Below are positions 27,456 to 42,400 of a stretch of 64,000 bases of DNA, piece after piece. The notes beneath the pieces are model-generated. The model worked only from the letters and a program-made list of their open reading frames with translations. It made no database searches and had not been told where the DNA came from. Location: positions 1-64,000 of IMG/VR virus record IMGVR_UViG_3300025086_000013; one strand, given 5' to 3'. Within the stretch, counting starts at the first letter, position 1, and the number at the start of each line of letters is the position of its first letter. This stretch comes from a virus. A program made the translations under genes and the position numbers.

Positions 27456-30400
27456 TTACTTATAACATTTTTGCATTTGTTCTAAAAACTGTTCTAAGTT
27501 AAACTGATTATTTGAATCTTCATAATGTTTTATAAGATCTTTTAGTCTATCTCCTCCTAACTTCATGCTTGATATTATTTTTCCTTTTTGCATATCTGTT
27601 AAATCTCCCCACACTTCTGCTAATTTAAACTTATCATTTTGATTAACATCTTTAGATCCTATATCATCTTTAGTTGTACTTGCTTGTACATTGTCTGCTT
27701 TACCAAAATTAAGTACAACTTTTTTTGGTGCTTGTTCTTCTAGTCCCTTTCCTTTTATATTTTTATTCACAATTTCTTCTGCTTTATCTATAGTGGTATC
27801 ACCAACTATTTTATCTTTTTTTATAGCTCTTAAACCTTCATTGCTTGCAGCTACTCTTTCTATATCAGTATCACTAAGAGTTTTTTTCTTTTCATCTTTT
27901 ATCCACTTGTTTAATTTATCTTTTGTATAGTTTTCTTTATACTTAGATAGATCACCAAAGTTATTACCTTTTATTGAAACTTGTTTTTGTTTTTCTCTAA
28001 TTGTTTTGTAAGATGTTCTTCTTTGTAATTTTCCATCTTTACCAATATTAAAAATAAATGCTATAGGTGTTTGTTGTTTACTTCCATAAGGATCAAATTC
28101 TACATATTCAGCTCTTGTTCCATATGCAGCACTTTGTGCTTCATCTACATTAAGCATATCTTTTTGGGCTTTATATTGTCCTTCTGTATATGGAGTAAAT
28201 ATTTTTTCTAACCTGTAGTGTTTTATTTCTGTCCCGTCATCAACTAAATTACCTTTGTCATTTCGTTTTTTTACTGGAACCTCTATTTTGACCGCATAAG
28301 GAAATTTATGAATCTCTTGAGTCTGACCCTCATAATCTACTTCTACTGCTCTAAAACCTGCAGAATTAATTTTTTTAGAATTTTTCCACATCTTACTCTT
28401 TTTGTCATACTTATTCCATTTTCTATATTGTTTTTTACCTTCTTTATATACTATTTTACTTTGTCTAGTACCCGCTGCTTGATCTATAATAAGAGTATTA
28501 TCTTCTAAGTTTAATACTACAGGAGACATTCCTGGTGACTTAACTCCTTCAATTGATGCAGCAACATCTGTATCTATTTTTATAATTTTTTTATCTGTTT
28601 CTTTTATATCATAAACATATAATGTTAATTCATTTGTTGTATCTCTTAACCAGTCTTTAGTAAAATTATATTTTGCATCTGCCACTTTTTCAAAACCTTC
28701 TGACTTTATCATTTTTTCTTTACCTCCAGCTTCTTCAATGTTTAATTCTCCTCTATTTGTAACTTCATAAACTACCATCTTTCCAGTCTTAGGATCTTTA
28801 AACTCAACTAATTTAGATTCTCCTACATTTATGTTTATTTTTTTAGCACTTTCTTCTCTTCTAACAGTTGTGGTTTTTTCCCCTTTTATAATTTTCTTTA
28901 TGTTGCTTTCATCCATTGGTATATTAGCAGCTGTACCTGGTTTTGCTTTTTTCTTTACAGTTGGATTTTTAAATCCAAATTCTTCTAATAATCTTTTTTG
29001 TAAAAAGTCATAAGTCTTTGGTGCTTTTTCTTTTAACTTATATATATCTTCTACACCTACACCCTCTTCATTAAACACAACAGTAGCACCTGTTTCTTCT
29101 CCTGCCTGTTTTATTGCTTCTATAGCATCATTAATTTTATTTTGATTATCTTCAAGTTCACTATCAGTATAGTAAGAACTATCATCCATACCTTTATTCT
29201 TTTTAACAGGGATAGCAAATACATTAGGTAAATTTCTAAGACTACTAAAACCAACATTACCTTGTTGAGCTTCATTATCTGATATAACAAATATTTTATT
29301 TGATTGTTCTTCTATTGTATTCCTTTTTAAATTCTTTTTTAATTCTACTTCACCTTTAAAATCATATTCTTTCTTTTGTAGAACACTAACATATACTACT
29401 GTTTTATCTTTATTTGTTCTATTTAATTTTTGCAATAAATGATCAGCTGATGATGATTCAAAATATAATAATGAATATTCTGCTAATTCGCTAAAGGTCA
29501 TACCAAAAATGTTTTTATAGTCTTCATCTAAACCTTTATACCCTGCTTTTGCTGGTGGTTGTTTTGCAAATAAATTTGCCACATCAGAAGAAGCTTGTAA
29601 AAATCTTTCAAGTAAAACTGGAGGAACTATATTTAAATATGATCCAGCTCTAAATTGAAAACCATCTTTAACTAATAGGTAATTTATTAAATGTGTTACT
29701 GCAGCTCTTGATTTTTTGTCACCATCTAATAATGAAACTAACCCTGCTTGTAGTTTTTGAATTTGACTATCTTTTAATTGTGTCCATGAATTAACTTTAG
29801 CTCTATTTATTCCAGCTTTATTAACAGCTGTATTGGCTTTATCATTAAATAAAAACTCATTAATAAAATCATTTTTAATACCTTCTTTTTTAAGATAATC
29901 TCTAAGACTTGTTATTACTTCTACAATATCTACTGGTCCATCCATTTCTGGATATATTAAAGAATTTCTAACAGAAGATAATGCTTCTGGATCTGCTATA
30001 TCTTTTAGTAATTTTATATATGCAATTCCATCAACAAAACTTAATAAGTCTTTTCTAGCTTTTGATCTTGCAGCTTTTGCAAGAGCTGGGTTTAATGCAC
30101 CCATGTTAGCACTTATAACACTATTAATCTTTTTAAAGGGTTGAGATGCATATATAACTTGTTTTTGTAATAGTTTTTGTGTAAACTGTTTCCATATTCC
30201 ATAAAAGGTGGATTGCATTGTTGTACCTTTTTTTGGTTTAAATATTTTTCTTACATCAATAGATAATTCACTTTCACCCATTTCATTATCTGAGGCTTCT
30301 ATACCTAAAGAAGCAACAGAAGCTTCAGCAGCTTCAACAGCGTCTACATCTCTACCCATACCTTTAAACATATTTGCAAAAGCTGATAACTCTTTTGTTT

Positions 30401-33400
30401 GTTCAGATATAGTTATCATATTTAAAAACTGATTAAGTATAGCAATTTCACTTCTAATATAATCAGTTGACATTCTTGTACCAGTCTCTCTTGCTTCTTG
30501 TTCTAATGCCTCATAGTTTTCTATATGTTCTTCTAATAATGAATCATTAACAGGAACTTGTTTGGCTTCTTTAGCTATTTCTGAAGAGTAGCTAGTTAAA
30601 CTTTTTAATCTTTTTATAACTAAACCTTTAATACCAGGATCAGTAGGTTTATCTTTATGCATTGCAGAAAAATACATTTCTTTTATTTGAGGATGGTTCA
30701 CTAACATAACACTTGTATAAGGATCTATACCTAACGCAACCATATTTGCAACAACCCCTAAAGCATGTTTATTTAAACCCATTTTTCCAGCAAGAACATG
30801 TTTACCGTTATCTGTCATACCAGTTATAAATGAAGATATCCAATATTGAACTCTATCTCCTTGTTTATTTTGCTTACCTGTTTTAGGATCTATAATATAA
30901 TCTACATCATAAGTATTATAACTGTGACTATTAAATCTAGGAATAGGAAGAGATACAAAATCATTTTTTTCTCTAAGTGATATTTTAAAATCTTTTAACC
31001 ATCCTAAATATACATTTGGTAATACAACTGATCCAATATTTCTTGCGCCTTCTTTTACATTAGTATATGCTATGGTCTGGCCATTCATATTATCTATATC
31101 CATACCAGCTTCTCCTGCTTTTGCAGCTAAAGTTGGAAGTCTATCTTTTATTTTTTCCCACATGTCAGCTAAAGGATCAATTACAGCTGGTTCATTTTTA
31201 ATACCTAATCTACGCCCAGGTAATACTTTAGTCATACCATTATTACCAAGAAGAGCAAATTTATAATCTAATATATTATTATTGTAACCACCAGCATAAG
31301 GTTCAGAATATAAAACTCCTGTTTGTTTTTTTCCTTTAGAATCTTTATATGTATATTCTTTTTTATTTGATTCTCTAAATTCTTTATATTCATTTTTTGT
31401 TACAGGTAGTCCTAAAACTTTTAATGCTCCTGCTATATGTTTATTCTTTCCAAAGAATTCCATGATTTGTGCATCAGTAGCTTTTTCATTTACATCTATT
31501 TCATCTTTATATAAAGGATCAAATCCACCTGTTTCATTTTCATTTTTAGTTGGATCATAATCATATCCATTTTCTTTTGCCCATTTAGCTTTTACATTTT
31601 TAGGATCTGTTCCAGATAGTAGTCCAGATTTTTTATCCTTAGTTGCCCATGTTAAGTATTCATCAAATATAACATCAGCAGGTTTTTCAATTTCATACTT
31701 GCTATCATATAAAATACCCTTATTACTTCTCCATTTTTTAACAGCCATTGCCATGGAAGAACCTTTATCATTTTGATATTCTAGTGTTTTATATCTTATA
31801 TAGTCTGCAAATTGTTCATTTAAAGTAGCACCTTTACCATATTCTTTAAAATTACCTTGAGTATCAGTATAAAATTCTTTGTTTTGAATATATAATTTAT
31901 CAATATCAAAGTCAGCTCCTGATACTTCAATTAGTTCTCTAGGAAATACTGCAGTAGATCCTTTAGCAGCTGACATAAAATCAACAATTTTTAAATTTAT
32001 TGCTGAGTGTTTATCTTGAGAAGGAATACGTACACCAAATTGTTTTGCAATAGCATCTGGTATAGGTTTAGTAGGATCTAAGTTTTCCATTATTTCTCTG
32101 AAGTGTGGTGGTAATATAAATTCAGCATATACTAAATCAGTAGGAATTAATTGATTGTTCTCATCTTTCATTAATTTACCATCCTTATTTCTTTTATACT
32201 CTTGAACATCATACCTTAATCTATCTATATATAAATCACCAACTTCTAATCCTGAAAATTTTCCATCTGTATTTTCAGTAGCTACTGGATTCCCTTCATT
32301 ATCTAATGCTAATTTAGATTTTTCTGAATCACTCATTCTTTTAAAACCTTCTGTACTTACAACAGTCCATGCAATAGGGTTGCCATCTTTATCTTTAGCA
32401 TCAACTCTTTTAACTACATTTACACCATAGTCAGACATAAGAACTACATTATGACCTGGTTGTTTTTCACTTAATACACCCTTACTAAAGAATGTCATAA
32501 ATAGTTCTGACATTTTTTGTATAGTAATAGGGTTATTTAATTCATAATTAGGTTGTCCTGTTATTCTATCATAGGAAAAGAATTCTAAGTATTGTGATTT
32601 AGATTGAGAAGATTCTAATGCTGCTATAGCAAAATCTAGAAAAGATTTTAAATCTAAAGAAACTTCATTAGCATTAAAAGATTTATCTATTTCACCTAAT
32701 GCAGTACTAAGATCAAAGATAAGGCTTCTTCTGTCTAAGTACTTAAGCTCTACTCTATTAGATATAGAATAGTGATATAAGCTTTTAAGTTCTCCTATTG
32801 TTATTGTCTTATCACCAATAACAACTTCAACACTAGGATCCTGTTCATTAAGTATTAAATTTTTAATTTGTCTAGGATCAACAATTTCTGTCTTATTAGA
32901 AGGTGTTACTTGTTGAAGTCTCATGTAATCTGCATTAAGCACAGATACATTTTTTGAATTTATAAAAGTATTTGATTCAAATAGATCTGCATGTTCTGCA
33001 ATATTTTTATTAAACATTTTAGAAGCAGATTTAGGAACAGCCATTATAACTCTATTGTTTTCTTTTTCCCATGTCTCTAATTTTGTTCTTAAATTATATT
33101 GTTTTATTCTATGTGGATAAGGAGTTCTTACACCTGTATTTACATCTATGTAACTATCATCGTCTGGTATAAGATATGTTTCTGACATTTTTATAAATAT
33201 ACTTCCATCTCCATATACCCACTTCTTAGAGTTTAATTGTGCATCTAATTGTTTATATCCTATACTACTTTTATCAGCAGCACCAAACATTTCTTCACCT
33301 GTTATTTGTTCTCCTTTTTCAAGTCTATCTATTAGATTTGCTTGTTGTTTAGTTAATTCACCAAGACCAAAATACTTATATCTAAAACCTTTTAATGTAC

Positions 33401-36400
33401 CATATACTTGAGCATCTGTTTGAGAAATTGCATCACCCGGTTTGTCAGTATAAAATTCACTATCAATTTCAGGATCATTAAACACTATCATATCTATTTC
33501 TGTCAAAGTGTGTTTAACACCTAAGCTTGGAGCAGTAATTATTGACTTAGCACTTTTTCCTGCAGCATTTTGCATTTTTGCTCTTTTAATAGCATCTATA
33601 GGATCTTTTATTTTCATTGCTTGATTCCCAAGAAGTAATTGATTTATAGATTTTGTATTGAGCCAATTGCTAAGAAATATTTGCTTAAGGTTATATTCAA
33701 GTTGATTAGCTTTTAAATTTAAAGCTTCCATAGAAGTTTTAGTTTCTTGATTAACACCTCTATCTGCTTTACCTTCTTTTTTATTTATTGATAATTGTGT
33801 TTTAATTCTGTTATCAATAAGTTTTTCTGCTTTTATTTTCTTTGCAGTTTTTATAAACTCATCTGATTGAGCTAATAAAGCTTCTTGAATAAATTCTTGT
33901 GATGTTATTCCGCTTTCATGTTTAAAGCTTGCCATAGCGTCTTTAAAGCTTTTAGCTTTTCTTGCCTCTTTTTCTAAATGTCTTTTTAAAGAATTATCAA
34001 ATACATTTCCTTCTTGCTCAAATTCTCCTAGCTCTGCTCTTTCTATTTGAGCATCTTCAATAGGTTGTATTTTAATTCTATGTAAAATATTATTACCGTT
34101 ACCTTTAACACCATTAAACCATTCTTGTAATCTTTTACTTTTTACATAGTATGTATTATTATCATTGTCAATAACTTCAAATTTAAAAACATCATCTGAA
34201 TCTTTTTGTATTGAGTCACCTAGTTCTTCTATTACAGCATCAATATTTACATCCGTTCTTTGCACTATACCTTGATGTGCTACCTGATACTCTATGCCAT
34301 TTATTATAACTGTAGCACGTGTATTTTCACGCATACCTGTTATACCTCCTTTCTTTAAGAATACTTTTTGAGTAGCTCCTTCTTTTGTAATTAAAGGAAA
34401 ATCAGCTGATCCTAATCTTTTCTTTACAGCGTCTTCAGTAACCTCCACTCTTTTATCTGCTGTTCTTCTTATAGTTGTAACTTCTGAAGTTTGTGTTAAT
34501 TTATAAGCTCTATACTTTTTTTGATTTAAATCATTTTTAGTATCATTAATTTCTTCTAGACTATTAGCATCATTAAATCCATCTATAATATCTTCATCTG
34601 CTGTTGGGTTTAATAATTTTTCTGTTTCCTCTAGAATAATATTATATTCTTTTTCAACTTCTGCAATCCAATTATCAAGATAATCTTTTCTTAAACTAAC
34701 ATCTCCTGTTTTTTTATTTGTTTCAACAGCTTTATTTACAGGAGCTTCTATCCAGTCTGAAGTATTTGATTCACTTAAAACTCTAATTAATATAGGTGAT
34801 GTTGAAAAATAATCAATCTTTCCATTTTCATTTGTATATTCAATTTCATCTATTTTTCCTGTTACAGGATTAAAGTTTAATAAGTACATGTTTATCATGT
34901 TAGCTAAAAACTCATTTGGTCTCATTTCACCATAGCTTACACCTGGCATATTATTAGCATCAAGACCTTTGTTTTCTATAACAGTTCCATCCTTAGTAGT
35001 TGTAGTTGTAGTTTCTTTCATACCTATCATTCTGATAGCTTTAAGTTTTTTCAACTCTCCAAGTTTTTGCATTCTTTTGTCATTAGCTAGAAAGTTCTGT
35101 GCTAAATATCCAGTAGCATCATTATTCATAACTTCCTCTAGTCCACCTTGTTTATTTATCATTGCAATTTTCTGTAAATGATAAGTAGGTAACTGATGAG
35201 CATATATATAATTTCCTTTAGGATCTAAAAATACAGTTGTCCCTACAGTTTCATCAAAAGCAGCATTAGCAAGAGCCCATTTACCAAGTCTTTTTTTAAT
35301 ACCTTCTGGTTTTTCTTGTTCAGCTTTACTTTCTATATCTTCTTGTAAAGCCTCTAACTCTTCTGCATTTTGATTATCTAGAAATAAATTTTCTCCTCTT
35401 ACAAGAGACTGTTCTAATTCTGAAAGGTCTTCTATTGTAACAGGATTTTCATCAAACAAATCTGTTATAGAAGATTGATAAGGTGTAACAGCATCAGTCT
35501 TACCTGTTGATAAAATACTATACTGCACATATGCTGCACTTAAACTAATACCTGTAAGTTTTTCTAAATCTGCTGCAATTTCTTTTGAAACTTTTTTTAA
35601 TAAGGAATCAGATATAGTATTTTTTCTCATTTGTGATCTAAGTCTATCTAACACATCTTGAAGTTGTGTAAAATAAGGAGAATATACATTTACATCTTGC
35701 CCCTTTTTATTAGTTTCTATTCTTGGTTTTAATTTTTGAAATACTTGATCAAATGCTTCTCCCCATAATGCTAGTTGAGAATGTGCATCATCTTTTTTAT
35801 TTGCAGCAAATAAGCTTGTTTTACCTGAAGCTTTATCTCTTAATGCAAATATATAATCAACTCTAAATTGACTAAACCCTTTTATAACTTTTTGGTAAAA
35901 TATAGGATCTAAAGGTGTAGGTACTACTCCCTCTTCCATTATTTTAGTCATTGCATCTTGATAACCATTTTGTCCATACAATCTAACAAAAAAGTTTTTA
36001 ATAACAGCCGCACCATTTACACTTGTTTCACCAAATAGTAACATCTTTTTTAACATAGATATTTCATCTACTGCTCCTGCCATTGATTTAAGCATACTAT
36101 TATATGCTTGTATATAGTCAACACCTGTTCTAAGTACTAATTGATCTTTAGGAGCTGCTTCTGGATTTATTATTATATCTTTACCATATTTATCTTGTTC
36201 TTTGACTGAAGTAGTAGCAATAAATAAACGTAACTCAGTACTAAGATTTTTAAATCCTCCTTGTTGATTTGCTTCATCATCCCATTGTTCACCTCCGTTT
36301 TCTTCTTTACTTTCTAGTGCATCATGTTCATCCACATGAGTTTCAAATTCTTGTTTAGTTTGAAGAAGATCTAAATACTCTCTAGCTCCTTTTCTTATTT

Positions 36401-39400
36401 GTCTTTTATGATCTTTAAGGGCTTCATATTTTTCTTCTTGATCTAATATCTCTAAAGCTGAATAATCATTATATTCAGCTCTATCTGGATTTTGTGTTTC
36501 TACAATTAAATCAACTGCCTTTCTTAAAAGGTCTTTTGGTTTAATTCCTTTTTCTTTAGAAATTTTAGCTTGTGAAATCAGATCCCAATATGCTGCTGCA
36601 ATATTTCTTGTAATTTTATCTGACTCATTTGATGTAAAATAAATTTTAATAGGTGTATCTATTTCTATAATTTCACCAGCTCTTCTTACTTTCTCTTTTT
36701 TAACAATAGTTTTTTTAGGTATGATTGCAAATACTGGTGCTGCTATACCTCCGTTTGTTTCTGCTAAAGCTTCAGTAAATCTATTTGTTTGTCTGTTAGC
36801 TGTTTTAAATTTTCCTGAATCAATTTTTTCAAATAATTTATCTATTTGATTTTCTTTCCACTTTTTAGGAGTAACTTTTGAAAATATACTTATTATCCAG
36901 TCTAAAACTTTTCTGAAAAAACTTTTAATTTCTGGATCAACTTTTGTTTTTTTAGGGTTTATTTTAAACTCTTCAAATCTATCTGCCATCCATTCTTCAG
37001 ACATACGTTCTATTGCCTGTTCTTTAGTCATATCTGTATATACTGGACTTTGTAATTTAAATTCTTCTATGGCTTTATCTAAACTTTTATTTTCAGATTT
37101 TAATTGAGCCATTAAACCTTTTTTACCAAGTGATAAATATTTAACAATTTCTGTTTCAGTTAACATTAATCTAAATACAGCATGGAATGCTTCATGATAT
37201 CTATAAGGAGATGTATTACCAGTATATATTTTACCAAAAAACTTCTCACCTCCAGCAACTTTTCTTAGTTCCATTAAAAAAGCACCTACAGTAATACCAT
37301 TGTTTTTAAGTTTTAATTGTAAGTTGTCTATCTCTTCTATACTAATATAATCAGGAAGATTTTGTTTAACCCAATTTATAAATACATTTATATCTTGTAT
37401 ATCTCTTCCATCCCAATCATCTTTAACCACCTTTAAAACTGATCCTTCTAACTCATCTATTTTTGCTTTTAATGCAATTATTTGAGGATCCTTTGCTACT
37501 TCATCAAGTACCTTACGTCTTAAACCTTTTGTTCCTTCAGGAAAAGTACTTTTTATTTTTTCAAATTTTTGAACCCATAGATCTTTGTATTCTTTTTTTA
37601 ATTTATCTAGATCTTTAACGTCTTGCTGATTCATTGTTTGAGGTGGTGTAAGACCTTCTTCATTTTCTATTTGTTCAGCTTTAGGATCGTTTTGTTTAAG
37701 AGCTGCTACATAATTTAATATTTTACGTCTATTTGCTCTTGATCTAAATATTATATCTTCTTGTTTTTTAAGTTCTTGTTTTTCATTTACTTTTCTAGCT
37801 ATATCTTCAAGCACCGCTTCTGGAACTTTTTCAAAATTATTGTTAAGAGATTTTTCAAAATCTTTCTTGTACCAAGTATCTAAATCAAATACTGTAGTAT
37901 CATCTTCTCCTTGTTGCTCATTTTCTATATTATCATAAGGGTCTGCTGCATTATCTAATATTCTTTGAATACCAGCTGGATCATTAACTACTAAATCCAT
38001 ACGTTGATTATATCTAATCCACGGTTTTATATTAACACTTGTATTGTCTTTTAAATCTTTAAAAGTAGCATCTTTAGGAACACTGTTTCTAAAAGCACTA
38101 GCATCTAATTTAAAATTTGTTTCATGAAACTTAACTTTTCCTTTATGATCTTTTTTTGCTTCTGCTTCTTTTTTATCTAACTTTTCTTGTATTAGTTTAA
38201 TAAATCCCTCTACATCATTACTTTCTATTTTTTCTAAATCTTTAGGATATATTGTTGCATCATAATCTAATTTAACTTCTACATTTTTTCCTCCTACAAT
38301 TGTTTTAAATTTTCTAGAATAATCAACTTGAAGATTACCAAATTCTGTTACTTCAAGTTTTATTGTTTCACCAGGTTTACCTGAAATAAATAAACCTTTA
38401 GAAAAACCAAATATATCTTTTTCACCACTACCGTTATCAAGCTCTTCATTAAATTTATAATTAAATTTTTTATCAACTCTTTCAGGTTGAGATCCTTTTT
38501 CTTTTTTAAAGTTACCACCTTCATCTACATTTAACTTAGTAAGAGAAACTCTGTCTTTAATTTTTTGAATAATGTTAGAAATTTCTGATGTAGATTTAGA
38601 TTCAGATTTCATTTCTGCAAATGTAATTTCACCATCAGGAGTTTTAATAACTAATACATATCTACCAAAATTATTTCTTAAATCAGCTCTATCTGCTGCT
38701 TCTTTTACTTCTGCTCTAAATTCTTTATATTTTTTTTGTTGCCACTTTTCATCTTGTGGAAAATTAGTTATACGGTCAGCTTCAGCTAATCTTTCTTCTG
38801 AACCTAGCTCAGATACACGTTGATCTATAATATAATATATATCTGTTGGTACACCATCTACTTTCATAGTACCAATAGTATTATATTCTAGTTGATCAAA
38901 TTTTGTCATTTCTGACTTCTTCTTAGGATATGCAACTATTCCTTTATTAATTTTTACACCAATCTTTTGCTCATCCATCAGATCTGTAAGTTTCATTTTT
39001 ACAGTTCCATCATCAGATTTGTTTATTAAGTCTTCAAATTTCTCTTCTAATAAATAAGCAGCTGCATATGTTCTTTGTAATTTTTCAGCAGCTTTATCAT
39101 CTTTATTTGTTCTAAATAATTGATGGGCTTGTTCAGAAGTTATTTTTAATGGGTTTATTTTGTTATTATTTTTATCTAATAATATTACATCACTAGGACT
39201 TTGAAGAACTGCTATTTGTTCTTTTCCTGACCACAGAACAACACTGTACTTTGAACCTCCTCTTTTTATTTTTGTATTTACTTCATAACCTTCAAAATTT
39301 TCAAACTGATCTAGATCTTTAGTTTCTTTTCCAGCAACATTAGTTTCATAAGCATCACTCCTTTCAATTCTTATTTCAAAATTAGCTATAGTTTCTGGAT

Positions 39401-42400
39401 CCATTTCCATTATTTGTCTAGCTAATTCTAATCTAGCATCTTCACTATCACTATATAATTTTCTTCCATTAATTTCTGGATTAAAAGCATAAAACTGTAA
39501 AGGTTCTTGCATTCTTAATCTAGTTGTTTTAGTAGCTGGTAAGTTTATTTCTTTTCTGTCTTCTTTCTTGGCTCCTATTTTACTTCCAACAGTCCAACCA
39601 CCATCATCAAAATTTTCTTGATCTATGTATTTAATTTTACCAGTTCCTTCTGTGCTAACAACTTTTAAATTATTATATTCCTCTACATTGTCTTTTGATG
39701 ATGCAACTTGCCATGTATTACCATCTTTATCTTCTACTATATCACCTTTTTTAAAAGTATCTGTTTTATTTTCTGAAGTTTTAAAATCAAACTCTGTAGT
39801 TTCTTGAAGCTTTTCTCTTAAATCCTTCATAGCTTGATCTGCTTCAGATTTATTTGTATAATGATCTTTAAGAAACTTACCTTCTGGATCTAAACCTCTA
39901 TGCATGTCATGTGCATTATCATTAGCAAAAGTTCTTATTTCCCAAAATTTATCTTTTTTATTAGTTTTTTTATTATATGCGTCAGTTCTAACAAGTCTTA
40001 TTCCAATCTTCATTGCATATTCTTCAACCTCATTACTATCAATTTCAGCTTTTACTTTTGTTTTGTTGTTCATTACATTATCATATAATATATCAACAAC
40101 ATCTAAACCTTGAGTATTAACTATTTTTATAATAGAAGCTAGACCTTGATTAGCACTTAGCCACTGATCAAATGTTTTATCTCTTTTTTTAGCGGCACTT
40201 AACTTTTCATATATGGCATATGTTTTTTGTCTAGATCTTGCAAAAGGTGCACCATATTCAGATTTTATAAATTTATTAATATCTATTATTAAAGGACCTT
40301 TATTTGTTGACTTATCATTTGCCCATCTTATTTTATACTCATCATGTAATACATGAAGCATTTCTTTTGTGTTTGGATCTTTATCTAAAAACTTTTGAAG
40401 ATTATCTAAAGTTGTAACTTGTACTGGTGATTGACCAGCACCTTTAGCAATAGCATCAAGGTCTTCTTCAGTAGTGTCATCATCAATAGATCCTTTATCT
40501 ATATTTTCTTTATCTACTTCAGCTTCTTCACCTACTTCTTCTTCTTTAGATTTTTTATCTGCTTCTACAATTAAATTATGATTAGTTTTTTCATCTTGAA
40601 TAATTTTCCAAGCTGCAGGATTTTCTTTTGCTGTAACTACATTAATTTTACTATCTTCACTATAATAGTCTGTTGGAAGAACACCGGATTCTAAAAATAT
40701 TTTTGCTTGATCTGCATCTGCAAAAATTCCTTTTTTTGCTAATGCTGATAAATATTTTGAACGCTCTTGTTTTTTAATAAATGTATCTAATTTTTTATAG
40801 ATATTGTATTTCTTTTTATTTTCTTTCCATATTCTATTCATTGACTCTGACATTCTATCTGCAACTTCAACAAGCATTTCGGAATTGTTTAATACTTGAG
40901 AAGCTTTATAATAGTCAATCATTCTACCGCCTAAAGTCTTATGATCAATAATCATATCAAGAGCTTCATTTAACTTATCTTTATCTGCCCCTCCTCTATT
41001 TTTACCACTAGTTAATGCAAGATGATCTATATAATTATTAAAAGCTTTTCTAAGTTTTGCAATCTTTCTTCTATCAAATTCTGATGTAGATGTTTCATTT
41101 TCTTTGGAATAAAATACATCATAATATTCCTTAAGAAGTTTTAATTTTTCTTTTTTATTTTCATATTGTTTTTTAAAGTCTTTTGGAGCATTTTTTTCAG
41201 GTTCTATTTTTAATTCTTCAGTCAATATACTCATTTCTTGAAGCATAGAATTTCTATCTGTTAATGCTGCAATATCATTAGCAGCTAAATTATCTATAAC
41301 TGGATCTACAGCAAGTTTTTCTAGTATTGATTCCATTCTTTGTATAGATCTCTGATATGTATCATTAGAAAACATTAACATCATTTTAGCTTGTTGGTAT
41401 GCTCTCTCCCTTATTGCTTCTTGAGCCCATGCTAATGAGTTTGTCTTAAATTTACTTGCATCATAAGGATTTATAAATTTATCTTTAAATTTATTATAAT
41501 TATTTTCCATGTCTCCAAGTCTTTCAAGCATTCCTGAAAGTCTTTTTCTAACATCATCAGCACTAGCTTCTGAATCAGAAAACGCTTCTAATAATTCTGC
41601 ATTATCCATATTAAGATAAGCTTGGAATTTCTTTTTAAATTCATTAGCTTTTCCTAGATCAATCATTGTATATAGCTTACTAAATATAGCTTGATCTTTT
41701 GCATCTTTAAAGTTCATTATTCTACCTTCATAAGATGCTGCTAACATTTCTATATTAAGTTGTTTTTGAGTAAGACCATCTATCTTTGTTGGATCAAAAT
41801 AGTTTCTTGGATCAGCCCACATTTCATTGAGAGCATCTACAGAATTTTTTACATACTTTTCCTTTTGTTTTTGATAGTTATCATATTTTTCTTTATCTGT
41901 TACATATGTATATGCTTGAGGCATATGCTCAAATAAAATTTTTTGAAAAGGTTGAACCATACCACCCATTAAAAATCCTGACATAAATGTTTCAAATGTT
42001 ACACCTTCACCATGAATAGCTGCAGCATATGCATCTTTAAATTTAACATTACCAGATTTTCTAGCAGATTCTACAGATGCTATATTTAAATCTAATGACG
42101 TTGACATAACTTCATTAAACAATCCATCATAATAATAACCTGTACCAGCAGCAACTGCTTCTTGTGCTAATTCTTGAAAACCTTCTGCAAAATTAGCTGT
42201 AAGATATCTAAGACCTGCAGCACCTGCACCTTTAGCTCCATTCTTCCAACCTGCATTCCAAACTCCTTTAAGACCAGTTCCTGCATCAAAGAATGCTTTT
42301 TCTGACCCAGCTTTAGATCTAAGAATTCTACCACCAGCACCTTCCATAGTTTCATCTAGCATTCTACCTATAGGTTTAAATCCTCTTAGTGCACCATCTA

